NCBI GenBank assembly: GCA_002269645.1
Contig: NIVC01001186.1
Location: 123,293 to 187,292, forward strand
Origin: Macrostomum lignano
Lineage: Eukaryota
Reading direction: 5' to 3'
Length of the DNA: 64,000 nt
Shown: piece by piece, positions 10,446-23,700 of the stretch
How positions within the stretch are numbered: the stretch's first letter is position 1
Layout: every line of letters begins with the position of its first letter
The notes under the pieces: model-generated
Told to the model about the DNA's origin: nothing
What the model saw: only the letters and a program-made list of their open reading frames with translations
The model's database searches: none
Position numbers and translations under genes: made by a program

Positions 10446-11937
10446 TCAAGCTGGTCAGGGGCTGAGTGGGTCAGGCTGGTCAGGGTCTGAGTGGGTCAGG
10501 CTGGTCAGGGGCTGAGTGGGTCAGGCTGGTCAGGGGCTGAGTGGGTCAGGCTGGTCAGGGGCTGAGTGGGTCAGGCTGGTCAGGGGCTGAGTGGGTCAGG
10601 CTGGTCAGGGTCTGAGTGGGTCAGGCTGGTCAGGGGCTGAGTGGGTCAAGCTGGTCAGGGGCTGAGTGGGTCAAGCTGGTCAGGGGCTGAGTGGGTCAAG
10701 CTGGTCGGGGCTGAGTGGGTCAGGCTGGTCAGGGTCTGAGTGGGTCAAGCTGGTCAGGGTCTGAGTGGGTCAAGCTGGTCAGGGTCTGAGTGGGTCAAGC
10801 TGGTCAGGGTCTGAGTGGGTCAAGCTGGTCAGGTTCTGAGTGGGTCAGGCTGGTCAGGGTCTGAGTGGGTCAAGTTGGTCAGGGGCTGAGTGGGTCAGGC
10901 TGGTCAGGGGCTGAGTGGGTCAGGCTGGTCAGGGGCTGAGTGGGTCAAGCTGGTCAGGGGCTGAGTGGGTCAAGCTGGTCAGGGTCTGAGTGGGTCAAGC
11001 TGGTCAGGGGTTGAGTGGGTCAAGCTGGTCAGGGGCTGAGTGGGTCAAGCTGGTCAGGGTCTGAGTGGGTCAGGCTGGTCAGGGTCTGAGTGGGTCAAGC
11101 TGGTCAGGGGCTGAGTGGGTCAAGCTGGTCAGGGGCTGAGTGGGTCAAGCTGGTCAGGGCTGAGTGGGTCAAGCTGGTCAGGGGCTGAGTGGGTCAAGCT
11201 GGTCAGGGGCTGAGTGGGTCAAGCTGGTCAGGGCTGAGTGGGTCAAGCTGGTCAGGGGCTGAGTGGGTCAAGCTGGTCAGGGGCTGAGTGGGTCAAGCTG
11301 GTCAGGGGCTGAGTGGGTCAAGCTGGTCAGGGGCTGAGTGGGTCAAGCTGGTCAGGGGCTGAGTGGGTCAAGCTGGTCAAGGGCTGAGTGGGTCAAGCTG
11401 GTCAGGGGCTGAGTGGGTCAAGCTGGTCAGGGGCTGAGTGGGTCAAGCTGGTCAGGGGCTGAGTGGGTCAAGCTGGTCAGGGGCTGAGTGGGTCAAGCTG
11501 GTCAGGGTCTGAGTGGGTCAAGCTGGTCAGGGGCTGAGTGGGTCAAGCTGGTCAAGGGCTGAGTGGGTCAGGCTGGTCAGGGGCTGAGTGGGTCAAGCTG
11601 GTCAAGGGCTGAGTGGGTCAGGCTGGTCAGGGTCTGAGTGGGTCAAGCTGGTCAGGGGCTGAGTGGGTCAAGCTGGTCAGGGGCTGAGTGGGTCAGGCTG
11701 GTCAAGGGCTGAGTGGGTCAAGCTGGTCAGGGGCTGAGTGGGTCAAGCTGGTCAGGGGCTGAGTGGGTCAAGCTGGTCAGGGTCTGAGTGGGTCAAGCTG
11801 GTCAGGGGTTGAGTGGGTCAAGCTGGTCAGGGGCTGAGTGGGTCAAGCTGGTCAGGGTCTGAGTGGGTCAGGCTGGTCAGGGTCTGAGTGGGTCAAGCTG
11901 GTCAGGGGCTGAGTGGGTCAAGCTGGTCAAAGGCTGA
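10441..11937. repeat. 25-bp satellite (GGTCAAGCTGGTCAGGGGCTGAGTG), ~60 units
   Basis: Direct reading. Confidence 0.98.
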
Positions 11938-12299
11938 GACTAATCTGAAACAATATTAATTGGTTTAGGAAAAGATACATTTTTTGAAAAAATGAAATTT
12001 AGAAAGAACTTTCATTTTATCAATCTTCGGAAAGTAAAAACACTTTTCTACTGTCAAACCTTGTGAAAATATTTTGGCTCAAGTGATCACGACTTATTTT
12101 ATTTGCTGTTCTGAATTTCGATAGATTTCATGCAAAATAATAAGTTGAAATAAGAGTTTTAAATTCAGTATCTTAGCATTTAGCGATAAGTATTGAATAT
12201 TTAAAAATAAATGGACACCCACAGTACACCTCCAATACTCCAAGACACCTTCAACACTACACTGTTGAATTGTGCGAAGTTTTTCAAATCATAGTAGTT

Positions 12300-12560
12300 A
12301 AACCGTCGGACTCGCGACTTGAAGGTCGGGGGTTCGATTCCCAGTTCCACTAGGAAAGATTTGTGTCCCTGAGCAAGACACTTAACTCTGCATTGCTTCA
12401 GTTCACCCAGCTGTAAAATGGGTGCACGCATTAGCTGGGGTAATTGAGGGTGTGTGTGGCGACCCCCCAGTCCTTGGACTGAACAGCCGTACGCAGCCTT
12501 CAGATGCGCGGCGCAAATAGCTGCGGCTGAGCTGTCGGTTGCACATCTGGCCCAATCAGG
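12300..12560 (+). mobile_element. tRNA-derived SINE with CORE-like domain (family 1)
   Basis: tRNA-like head, then TGTGTCCCTGAGCAAGACACTTAAC...CTGTAAAATGGG resembling the CORE-SINE consensus. Confidence 0.75.
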
Positions 12561-12924
12561 GGAAGGTGTAATCAATTATTATTCAACGATTATTACAGCT
12601 GAAAGTTAAGAAAAATTACCTATACACTGCGATTGTTTTTTTTAAGATTTTTGCAACTTCATTGGTTACATATATAAATAAAGCAATAAATTTCAGTTTT
12701 TCTTTACAATTCACGTTAGTTGTCATACCTGCAAGAAATTATTTTTCTATTTTATTCAATTCCTTGTACATGTTAGTGTTGGCTCGTACCGTACTCACCG
12801 ATAATTTTGTTTTCCTAAAACTACTAATAGTAATAAAGATAATTTTGAAAACTTTCTTCTCAAATATAAATTCTATTATTAGTAGCAAGTGTCATTGTCT
12901 ATAGCAGCAGGGTCTACAAAGTTT

Positions 12925-13267
12925 TCTAGCCGGGTGTTTAATTGCTATAGCCGGGTGTTTAATTGCTATAGCCGGGTGTTTAATTGCTATATCCGGGTGT
13001 TTAATTGCTATAGCCGGGTGTTTAAATGCTATAGCCGGGTGTTTAATTGCTATAGCCGGGTGTTTAATTGCTATAGCCGGGTGTTTAATTGCTATATCCG
13101 GGTGTTTAATTGCTATAGCCGGGTGTTTAATTGCTATAGCCGGGTGTTTAATTGCTATAGCCGGGTGTTTAATTGCTATAGCCGGGTGTTTAATTGCTAT
13201 AGCCGGGTGTTTAATTGCTATAGCCGGGTGTTTAATTGCTATAGCCGGGTGTTTTATTGCTATAGCT
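12925..13267. repeat. 21-bp minisatellite (AGCCGGGTGTTTAATTGCTAT), left part of the array split by the Polinton
   Basis: Continues in the same orientation at 28047-28180. Confidence 0.95.
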
Positions 13268-13379
13268 AGTAGTAGTAGGGGAAATTGGGACTCTGTCGCA
13301 GGAATTTCCGTGGGAAAACCACGGGCCTATAGTGTGTAAACATAGCGCCTATGGAAATGCATTGGTGGACTCTGCCGCA

Positions 13380-14180
13380 GGGCATAAATACATTCTCACC
13401 TGCATTGATGTTTTGTCTAAATTTGCAATGGCCAGAGCACTGAAGTCTAAGAGCGCGGCAGAAGTAAAATCTGCGTTTGAGAGCATGCTGAAGAGCTCAA
13501 AGCGGCAGCCGCGCACTGTCCGCACAGATCAGGGTCTATGCAATTTTTTGCCAGTTCTGCATGGACCGGGAGATTCTGGCGTTTCCAACTAGCAGTGAGC
13601 AAAAAGCAGCCATCATTGAAAGATGGAACCGAACTTTAAAAAGCAAGATGTGGCGTTACTTTACTCACAACAGCACTCTACAATGGCTTGATGTGCTGCC
13701 TAAACTGGTCAAGTCCTATAACAATACTTTCCACAGAAGCATCAAGACTGCACCAATGAATGTTAGCAAAGCAAACGAGACTGAAGTGTGGATGAACCTT
13801 AATGATGGGAAAGCGATTGAGACAGTTGAGAAACTGAGAAAACCGAAGTTCTGTAAAAACCAATCAGTGCGGACTTCCAATGCACCCAGACTTTTCAGGA
13901 AGGGATACAAGGCGAACTGGAGCGAAGAGGTGTACACCATGCACCAAAGCATTATCCCTACATGTACAGGATTCGAGACATGAAGGGGGAAAACATTCGA
14001 GGCCTCTTCCACGAGCATGAGCTGCAAGCTGTTCCGGACTCACAGCGGCTGTATGTAATCGAGAAGGTTCTGAAGACTGAGAAGTGGAAGGGTAAGATCC
14101 GATATCTCGTCAAGTGGGCCGGCTACAACTCCACTGACTGGGTGGATGAGAAGGACTTAAGAAAAGTGCAAGATACCGAC
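13380..14180 (+). pseudogene. Polinton retroviral-like integrase with C-terminal chromodomain, 5'-truncated and frameshifted
   Basis: GHKYILTCIDVLSKFA, VRTDQG, AAIIERWNRTLKSKMWRYFT, YVIEKVLK...YLVKWAGY. Confidence 0.88.
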
Positions 14181-14199
14181 ATTGTGCAGCCATTCCCAA

Positions 14200-14947
14200 C
14201 TATGAGAGGCATCATCATTAGCAGTGAAAATGCCGAAGGTACTCCTAGTGACTTTCATTTTCACCTGCCTTCACCTATTTACTTGGATCAAAATGTGGAC
14301 TGAGGCAAGTCTGGCTGAAATCCATCTGCCTGCTGCATGGTTCAATGTTGACGAGCCTTACTGCTTCACTGTCTCAGATGGAAGAGAGCATGAGACCCTG
14401 GTTCTTCAACCCCGGACGCTTTGCTAGAGTGGAGGAACTGGTTGAGCGCATGAATGAGCTGATGGCCAACTCTGAGTCACTGTTCTTCGATGCAACGAGC
14501 GACAGGGAGTCTGAAATGGAAGCTGATGAGTCCGGTTTAATGGGGCGGAGCAGCACTAGAGATATTGGCATAAAGTTTGAAATCCAAGAGTTGAGAACGG
14601 TAGTGCTCAACAACACGGCTCGAGCAGAATTGCTCCTTCCATCAAGTAAAATTCTGCAGTGGCTGGGATTCGGAAACCAGCCTGTGAAGATCCCACCTGG
14701 ACGGCAAGTGTCACTCTGCTGCATCGGTTGTCCGCCCACCAACCTGATCAACTTGCACTGCAGCATTGTGGAGCGAACAAACTGCAACTGGAACTCCGTG
14801 TTGCGAACTGTGAGCATGTCATCCGATGTCGAATGGGGCAGCTACATGAGCAAAGTGTTTAAGAAAGCAATTTTCTTCCCAATTCAGAAAGCTAATTTCC
14901 ACATGGAATTAGATTTCAACTGTGTGACATCTTTGGCTACTCACTGA
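14200..14947 (+). pseudogene. Polinton minor capsid (penton)-like protein, frameshifted
   Basis: TPSDFHFHLPSPIYL..W EASLAEIHLPAAWFNV N-terminal motif and VLRTV...F..I C-terminal motif typical of Polinton mCP. Confidence 0.6.
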
Positions 14948-15005
14948 CTGCTCGGAGCAGCAGCCCTGTTCTGCTCACAGTTCATATTCGGGAAAGGCTA
15001 ATACA

Positions 15006-15495
15006 ATGAACTACCAACAGCTGATTCGTCAGTATTCAGGGAGTCTGGCAGGAAGCCAAAAGCCGGCGCTCTATGGCTGTGGGAGTTTTCCAGGAATCAT
15101 GACTTATCAGCCTCCTCCAGAAGCTTCCACACAGTCATTATCGCTATCAAAGCCAGCCCATACCACCACCAGCGGCAGCAGCAGTAGAAACAGCAGAAGC
15201 AATAGAAACTGACCAAAGCAGCGACTAGTCAAACAGGGTAGTAAGAAGCAGACAAAAAAGAAGAAAAAGAGTAAGACTGAGAAATCACCGAAAAGAAGCC
15301 AGTCAGGGCGAAATAAACCTAAGAAGGGAAGGTCTAAAACTCAAAGCAAGAAAACAGACAAAGGAAATAAAAAAGTGAGCAAAAAGACTGTGAAACGTGT
15401 ATTGGACTCGCTTTCATAGCAATGGCTTACGGATTCAACCCCAGACTCGATTTGTTCAAGTCCCCCGTGCTGCAGACTGCCATTGAAAAATTATT
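15006..15495 (+). pseudogene. Polinton small/basic ORF remnants, followed by the major capsid protein N-terminus (15421-15495, truncated)
   Basis: Lys-rich stretch, then MAYGFNPRLDLFKSPVLQTAIEK resembling the LDLF..P.TQT.IE start of Polinton MCP. Confidence 0.5.
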
Positions 15496-15499
15496 CTCC

Positions 15500-15630
15500 A
15501 GGTGATTTTTCATAAGGCGATTCTTCTCAAGGCGATTCTTCTCATGATAATTCTTCTCAATGTGATGCTTCTCAAGTTGATTCTTCTCAAGGGGATTTTT
15601 CTCAAGGTGATTCTTTTCAAGGCGATTCTC
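15500..15630. repeat. 15-bp degenerate minisatellite (GATTCTTCTCAAGGC) at the capsid breakpoint
   Basis: Direct reading. Confidence 0.8.
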
Positions 15631-16633
15631 ATTATTGACATTAATTTTCCTAAGTCTAATGACGTCACCGGACTTAAGTGTATGATAGCTCATCGTAAGG
15701 TTTGCTTTTCTGAACTAATTATAAGGTGTTTCGGCGTTGTGAACTTTCGGTCTAATGAAACCAAAACTCGAGTCAGCTTAGAATAAAATAAAGTCTTTGT
15801 GTCCAGTGCGCGAGCACTCGTGGACACGGCAGTATAAAGAATTTATGATAGCGCGAAAATTTAAATAGGAAAGAACGTGCAAAAGCTTAGCTGGTAAACA
15901 GAAAAACTCATGCAGGGTATTTAGTAAAATATAGTTTAACTACTACAAGTAGCAGTTGCTGGAGAAACTAGAAATCTAGGACGTTTCGAAACCAATAACT
16001 ACTTCATAATCTATAGATAATTGCAGCTTGTTAATTGGTTTCGAAGTGCTTTAACTTAACAGGTACTCGTAGTAGCTAACTGCAGGAATCTCAAGGATCG
16101 ATCGCTTTTGCACATCGGAACCCTGACCTGCTGAGGTTCAAGTCGAACAAGTCTCCACCTGCGACTACTAGGAGAAAGATTGCTAAGTACACAAGCCAGT
16201 GCGAGATCTATAGACGTTGCATTCAAGGCAGGAAAGATATCTAAAAGAGAGATCTGAAAAGTACATAGTACATAGTCGATTTTTTAAAACAAATTAAAAG
16301 GAAACTAAAAATGTGTAGTTTAAACAAAACATCTAAAAACTTTCGAGACTTTCAAAAAATACAAAATTTGAAATTCAAAAGAAAGATATTTCTTTTATGA
16401 TGACAAGGTCAGAATGACAAGAATGAAAATGCTATCATTTTTGGTCACAGAAACAGCGCAACGAAATCGAACTCGGCGCATTTTGCGCACAATTGATCAG
16501 AAGTGCCACGGCTTCTAGTCAAAAATCCATTAATGAAAGAAAATTATCTGCAAAAAGTAGAATATCTTCAACTTCGAAATCATACGAAATGTATCAGAAA
16601 GCTAAAATTCTGAATAAAATTCAATTAAAATCA

Positions 16634-18654
16634 TCATTCCACATCCGGAAAGTTGATGAAGTGCCGGCGAGGCCAACCAGATTTGCTGATCACCTGCGTC
16701 GCCTCAGTCTGAGAATTAAAGCTGCTCTGCTGCCGGTCCGACGAAGCGCGGCCGCTGAACAGCCGACTGCCGCCTGTGATCGGCAGGTAGCCGCCAATCA
16801 GGATTCGCTTCTGCTTACCCAACCACCTGCCCAGCATCCTGCTCAACAAACTCCTGATGCAGCTGTAGTCTCGCTCGATAATCTCGGCCACAGTCAGCAT
16901 GATCAAGTACCTGTTCTCTACCTCGTGCTCGATGACGTGGTTCACGGCCGAGGACAGAACTCCGACCACGAAGTTGATGAATAGGATGGGCACGAACAGG
17001 ACGTAGGTCACGTGGGTGATGAGGAGGTCGATTCGGTCGATCTCGGGCAGGTAGAGGCTGGTGTCGATAATGTTGAGGGACACCAGGAAGGTCGTGTAGA
17101 ATGCCTTTATGTAGCCACTTAGTGCGTTAGCATTTGTAGTTGAATTAGACACGAGAGACATGGGTTCGCTTCCGTGGAACATGCGCGCAAATATTGCCGT
17201 AATACAGAGGTAGAACGTGAAAAACATGAGAAAAGTTGTTAAACTACGATGAAAACTGCTCATTACGGCGGATATTGACGGCAGAAGGCGCATGAACCAG
17301 AAAAGCAGGCTTAGACTCATTAGAAGAAGAAGTCTTATGCCAGAACCTTGCACAGTGTAGACCGCCTGATTGAACAGAGCGCAGCTACTTCGAATGTCGA
17401 CGTGCAGCCAAAGGAGCAGCGCAGCAGTGGGCAGCGACACGGAGCATGGCAGCAGCCACGACAGCAGATCTCTGTAGCTCCTTCGGGGCCGCCTTGGGTA
17501 GCCGACCTTCCTTCTGTTTTTAAATTATTGATTTTCCATTACAAAGAATAAACAGTCATGTATGCACAATATAGCCTAACTTTGGTTACTAACCTAAACA
17601 TTTCCTTTCTTAGCAGACCTGCTGCTGCGAAGAGCAGAAAGAGCAAAGAGCTTGACAGGCATGTAGAAAGTACGAGAAGAAAGGATGCAGGATTCTCCAC
17701 CCCTTGCGATGACGCGCTAAAACAGTATTTAAAAAATAGGGCCTTCATACCCGGACCTGAAAAGATGGTGACGGACAGCAGTTGCAAGAAAATAAGACAA
17801 GCAATAACTATTATGATCCACCGGTTGCGGTCGTACAGCGCCTCGACCCAGCGCCTCCACAGGAAGCCGTTGCGGAACACGCCCGCCGCCTTCAGCTCCG
17901 CCAGGGTGGCCTGGCTGTACACGTCGAGCAGCACGCAGATCGGGCTGGTGAAGAATGCCGGGTTCTCGCCGAACCAGTCGGTCACATCGACGCTCACTCG
18001 CTCTCGAATGCCTACCGAGTCCGAGTGCACCTCGCTGCTGGCCAGGTGGTGCAGCATGATGTACTCGACATGACCGGCCAGTCCGAGAAACACGCCCCAG
18101 CTCATTGGCGTCATCCCTCGGCTGCTGACCTGCAGCATCTCGGCCTGCTGTTGTCTGGTGAACAGGCGGCGATGAAAGAGCTCGACGAGATCTCGGCCGG
18201 TACTGCCGCAGTCCGTCGGCTGCTCCGTGCGCTGCTCCGTCCCGGACATGAAGCTGACGGCGCTCAGCAGCATGTGGTAGGCCGTGAAGCCTCGCTCTCT
18301 GATCTTAGCAAAGTCCACCGTGTCCTTTCCGCTGTCCGAGGTCTCGTGCATGAGGCGCAGACACCACTGAGCGTTGTAGAACATGGCGACGAAGAACGGG
18401 TTGGTGGGGAACGGAATGTCGCTGTCGTCCTGCTCTGGATCGCCAGACCCGATCCAGTCGGCTTGGTTTCGAGCTCGAGCTCCTCGGTGGTCGGAGCTGG
18501 CGAGAAATGCGGCCCAGTCCGAGGGTCCGAGAGAGTCGCGGAACTCTTTGAGGTCGTCAGCGTTGTCGTCGGCGATGCAGCGGACGAACGCGAGCCAGTC
18601 GTCAGTGTCCGTCAGGAACTCCTTAGCATCCAATTGATCGGTTTCTTTTTCCAT
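16634..18654 (-). CDS. Divergent TRPV-like cation channel; exons 17594-18654 and 16634-17513, 80-nt intron (646 aa)
   Basis: GT-AG intron 17514-17593 joins the two ORFs in frame; degenerate ankyrin motifs (GFTAYH, GMTPMSWG); several TM helices; pore-like FYTTFLVSLNIID; S6/TRP-box-like ILFINFVVGVLSSAVNHV...IIERD. Confidence 0.75.
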
Positions 18655-20553
18655 TACTGAGCAAGATCGCAATTCTGCGCTGCTTTATCGCTTTTTTAAT
18701 GTGCCGTGAGTCTGGGAAATTCAGACCCGCTCGACATATTAATAGAGATTCAGCCGCATTTGGTACGCCAGTTTTCCAGACTTTCCAAAGTCAACAGCTG
18801 AATCGTTTTTATCTGATTAGAAAACGTGTGAACTGCCTAGCATTGGATTCTTTTTAACCAAACAAAAGGCTGTGCGTGTGCAAATTTACCCAGTGCCAAG
18901 CAAGTTCATCACTGTTTTCTCCCACATTAATTAATATCGTGACAATTTTTGGCGTTGTTTGCCATGCATTAATGCTATTTACTTGGAATTACAATTACCA
19001 ACAAGAACAAGTTACGAGCGTATTGTCTCGTTTCATGGTCTAATTTTATACGATTACAGACAAAATCACTTTGGGTGTTGTTAGGGAGGGGGGGGGAGGT
19101 GCGGACGCCTCAATCAATTCGATTTGACCTCTTTGTTAAGCGTGGTTGGTGCCCGATCTGGGAATGTTTCTGCTGTCTCCGGTGCTGGGTCACGCAGCCT
19201 GCTTGTAATCACCCTGAAGTCTCGCTAGCTATTTCGCGATGTGAAACCTTGTATGTATGTACGTTGTACGTTGATAATTTTAATTGTTGCCGCTTTGTCG
19301 TAGTGTCAAGGATGCTTAACCTTTGTAGATGTGAAACTTAGATATGTGGAATTTTGACGTGAAGTCGGATGCTTTTTAATTGCGACACAAAATTAAGCCG
19401 TTACACATGTGCATATACCTATTGTTACGACAAAGTGATCTTCACTAGCTACTACGCTCTCGAGCATAGCGGACGAACGTATGTTTGCGTCAGACTGACG
19501 TTGGAACCTGAGCGGGTGAATCGCGTAGCCTAACTCGTTCAGTCCGCGTCATATGAGTCCCTGTTACCGTACACACTCGTTTTACGGTTCCAAAAGGAAA
19601 TAGTGCAAAACGGAAACTCACTTTTACTCGGCCTTGCGTGTCATATGTGGGTGACTTTAGCGTCGTTGGCTATTATTGAATGTATACTTTCGGATCTAAA
19701 GTTTTTTATCAGACTGTTCTAAAGGTCTTATCGGTGAAGCCAATAGGCGCCCTCTCTCTCGCTCATCACATCATTATTTTTATATAAATACATGTATACA
19801 ATTACTACTTAGTCTTTTAGGGTCAGGGATTCGGCAATAGAGCAGCCGTGAAACTTATAATTGGCTAGGAAACGTGAAAACATGACAAGGCACGGGGCTT
19901 ATGGGAAAAAAATTGGGTTGCACACAGAAGGGCAGCCAATCAGAGTTGGGTACGGAGCGGGCCGGGGTAGAAAGAATGGGGAGGGGGCAGGCAGCTAGGC
20001 TGGGGGGTTGATGCAAACCCCTCTGGGGGGGGGTTGGTGCAAACACGTGGGCCGATGCGGTATGTGAGCGATATGTCGGGCACACTTGTCGAAAACTAGA
20101 GATTGCTCATCAGTACTAATGTACCCGAGCACAATACTAATTAAGATGTTTATGTTATGCTGTTTTTAACGATAATGTGCGTTAATCTTTGAAGAAGCTG
20201 CTGCCAAGCCAGATTTTCCTGCCGACTATTTAATTGAAACGGCTACTGGACATTCCCCTCCAGCGTTCCCCCTCGGTGGTGTTTCCTCTGCGTCTCTAAA
20301 ATGAAAAATGAAATGGGCAGCGGCACAAGAAAGAACTTTAGTGGCATTACTAGCAATCAGCGCCCCCCGTTGGGGAGCCAAAAAAATGCAGTACAAGTTT
20401 TTTTTAATAAACTACATGTAAGCGTCTCTTTGCATTGTACATTGTAAGCCTTGACATGTCAGAAAATCCCCCCACAAGCCTTAGCATATCAACCCCCTTG
20501 ACATCTTAGCAATGCCCCATAAGCCTTGAAATCCTAAAAAATCTGTCAACCTT

Positions 20554-20603
20554 CTAACCCTAACCCTAGCCCTAACCCTAAACCTAACCCTAACCCTAAC
20601 CCT
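20554..20603. repeat. Short interstitial (CCCTAA)n telomere-like tract
   Basis: About 8 units with variants. Confidence 0.85.
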
Positions 20604-21466
20604 CAGCCAGAATCATTTTCTGCTTTGATCTGCAAACTATAAGCTTCTGCAAATGCCTGCTTTTTCACAATGGCTCATTCGTTCCCAGTGGCGCAAAAAC
20701 AATGAGCATGCTAATTTCCGACTTTTCCTTGCTTGTCCGTTTTCTGTGCTAATAATAATAACCATATTTTTCTATAATTAAATAAAAGGACGACAGATGA
20801 ACAAAAATTTAATAATTTTGCATGCATATGCCACGTATTAAGATGCGTGCATTTTAATCAATATACCTGAACTTCGATCGACTTTTTCTTTATTTTCATA
20901 ACTGAAATCGCAATATTAGTTTGAGTATAGAAAATTGAATCCGACCACCACCAACTCAAGAAAAAAAGCACACCTATCGCTCAGATTATGCACTGCTAAG
21001 ACAAATAAAAACGAAAAAGAACAAGCAGAAATGAAAATGGAAGCAAATATTTATCTGATAATCATTGGATAATGGTTACAAAAATATGAGTAGCAAAGCT
21101 AGCAAAGATTAAAAAGGACAGTAACTCAATTCATTCAATTGCTCAAAAATTCAAGGATAATAAAAAAGGGGAAGCCAGACCAATATGCCGCAAATTATTC
21201 CAACATGGCTTTCACAAGTTCGCATTGAAATAAATCTGGAGCAACTCAACCCGAAAATGTTACATTTAGTTAGTTGCTTAGAGACTACAAATATGTAACT
21301 AACTGAATTGGCTCTATTCGTTCCAGCATTGTCATTATCATCATCCTTCATCATCCATCATCATCATCATCATTCAGATTAATTAAACCACAGAAACAAT
21401 TCATGGAGTACATAAGTAAGAAGTCAATAAATTTCAAGTGCAAAAGTTACACAGATGTGCAAAGCA

Positions 21467-22349
21467 TCACTCTAAGCAGTCCGCTGTCCTTTTCGGACTA
21501 CCCCTGATTGACAGCTGAAAGTGGCCGAACGGAAGACTTGAGTTCGGGCCAATCCATGCTCGCTTGTCCTCCCAGATACTGAGAGCGTTGCTCAATGGTG
21601 AAAACGCGATGTTTCTCACTTCCAATTCGACGAACAGTGAGCGACAGCTTTGAAGCCCCCTTGAAAATCTTGACATAGCACGCTTCGTTGGATGCATTTT
21701 GCTTTTGCTTTGCATGCCGCCGAGCTTTCAGCGAGGAAAGAATAGAGCTTGGGCCTTAGCAGCACCCACTCAATCTGTTGCAGTCCACCAGCTTCATCTT
21801 TAATGCAGCCTAGCTTGGCCTTTAGCCGATTCGAGAAGAGAGGATGATTAGTGAAAAAATTGGAGGTGTCCAAGCAGCACTTCTCTCTGCAAACTAAGGT
21901 TCTCTAAGCTAAAAAACAACGAGTCTGTATCGCCACCGAAAACTCGAACTCTCGCTCCATCACGGAATTCTAGCATGAGTTTTATTTTGTCATAGTAAAG
22001 TCGATACATGATGATCTTGGAGCGATCTAGAACACACTGCCCCATGAAGATTTGGGCGATCAAGAGTTACTTCGTGCTTTTGAAGCTCAAAGATGCTGAG
22101 TGACGGCGTAATGATTGTGAATGATGCGACATTTGGTTGTGAAGAAACAGTCTTGGCTTTTTTCTTGTCACTGCACACTCTGATGTCCCGCCGCTTGCGC
22201 ACGTTCTCCATTGTTTTGCCAAACGGGGAGTTATTTTTCAGTTTATAGAAATCCTTCTCGAAATCACTTTTCGCCATAGAGCGGATCAGAGCTTGAGAAT
22301 GCCAACAATTTGAAAGTTGCTCATAAAATATAAAACTAGGCCATTTCAT
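21467..22349 (-). pseudogene. Polinton protein-primed family B DNA polymerase, C-terminal half, frameshifted
   Basis: KLKNNSPFGKTMENVRKR, GDTDSLF, LDTSNF, KLGCIKDE, LRPKLYSF, EDKR...LPFGH. Confidence 0.9.
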
Positions 22350-23529
22350 TTAAAAATCATTAGGTCTGATTCTGTTATATGATTTATCAGATTCATAGCT
22401 TATATTTCATACAATTTGCAAACTAAAAAATCTAACTCACTGTTGGTCCCAGGTTCGAAACTGAAATCGGCAGACTCCAGCAGCGAGCCCTGGTCCTGTT
22501 GAGTTCCGACCCGAATCCACCATTAGCAGCAGTCAGTTCGATGGACCGGACAGCTCAAATCTTTTCGATTTTGTGGAAATCAGATGCTGGAATTTAGTTA
22601 CAGATGCTAGCAATTATTCTATAGGGATCAGCATAGCGGTCTGTCAACGTATAATCCATAGACTCAAGACTATTGAAGCATCAACTCAAAATAAAACCAA
22701 AAGCTCCTGATCAAAAGCAATCAACCCTATCTTTTGTCCAAATATTAATCCAAATTCACGCAGAAAAGGATTAAAAGTCAAAACCAGTCATGCACATTCC
22801 GTAGCATTCAAAGCCATCATGCTCATATTATTTTATTTCGAATTAAATATTTGCAAAATTAATGAAAGCAAATAGAAGCACTAAAAACTTTAAACAAAAT
22901 TTGCCGGGTACATTATTGAAAATATGAGGCACAGAGCGACGAGCATTTATTTTATAGCTTTAAAAAATTATTGGGTTCCGGATAGCTGATAAACACATTA
23001 ACAGTAGAGCATAGTACGGCCCTATAAGATAACAGCCGAAAAACCACAATTGTCATTTAGATAGTATGTACCCCACTTCTCACCTCTTTAATGCAGGAGA
23101 ACATAATCCCTGTAATGAGAGATCGCATTAGCTAATTCGAAACTGTAATTGTGCTTTCGAAAATTTGTTTCCAAGCTACAACTGAACAATATCCATTTTT
23201 GACTTTGTAAGCCACTTATATTGTAAACAATAGATATCGTATAGTCTTTCGGCTGTTAATCTCTGCACATTAATCACTACAAACTATATAAATTACACAT
23301 TAAAGAATTACACATTTTTTGATGATTAACCAAACCTTTTTTAGCGATAAATGAATGCAAAATTATGAGTTGCTCAGTCGGATTCGAAAGTTACCCTGGA
23401 AAGTTGAATAGACATACAAATTGGGCTGCACTCCAGAAGAAGCAGTCTCAGCCGCACCCGTTGATGCTCCTGCCATTGCTTCCGCTTCCATAGTTGGCGG
23501 TTGAGCAGGGCCAGATTCGAGCTCGCGGA

Positions 23530-23700
23530 GAATGTCAGAAATGATCGGCGGGGAGCAACAGCGGCGGCAGGCAGCTCAGCGGTGATCGGCGGGGGAGCAG
23601 CAGCGGCGGCAGGCAGCTCAGCGGTGATCGGCGGGGGGGCAGCAGCAGCGGCAGGCAGCTCAGCGGTGATCGGCGGGGGAGCAGCAGCGGCGGCAGACAG
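23530..23700. repeat. 36-bp GC-rich repeat, ~4 units, within open frames of unknown function
   Basis: ORFs 23374-23823 (-) and 23501-23872 (+) show 12-aa repeats. Confidence 0.75.

Noticed and set aside
14523-14560. CTGATGAG hammerhead-like core
   Set aside because: No stem II-GAAA or stem I pairing; lies in the capsid coding remnant
20554-20603. Telomere or chromosome-fusion site
   Set aside because: Only ~50 bp, degenerate, single orientation; such tracts are common inside invertebrate repeats
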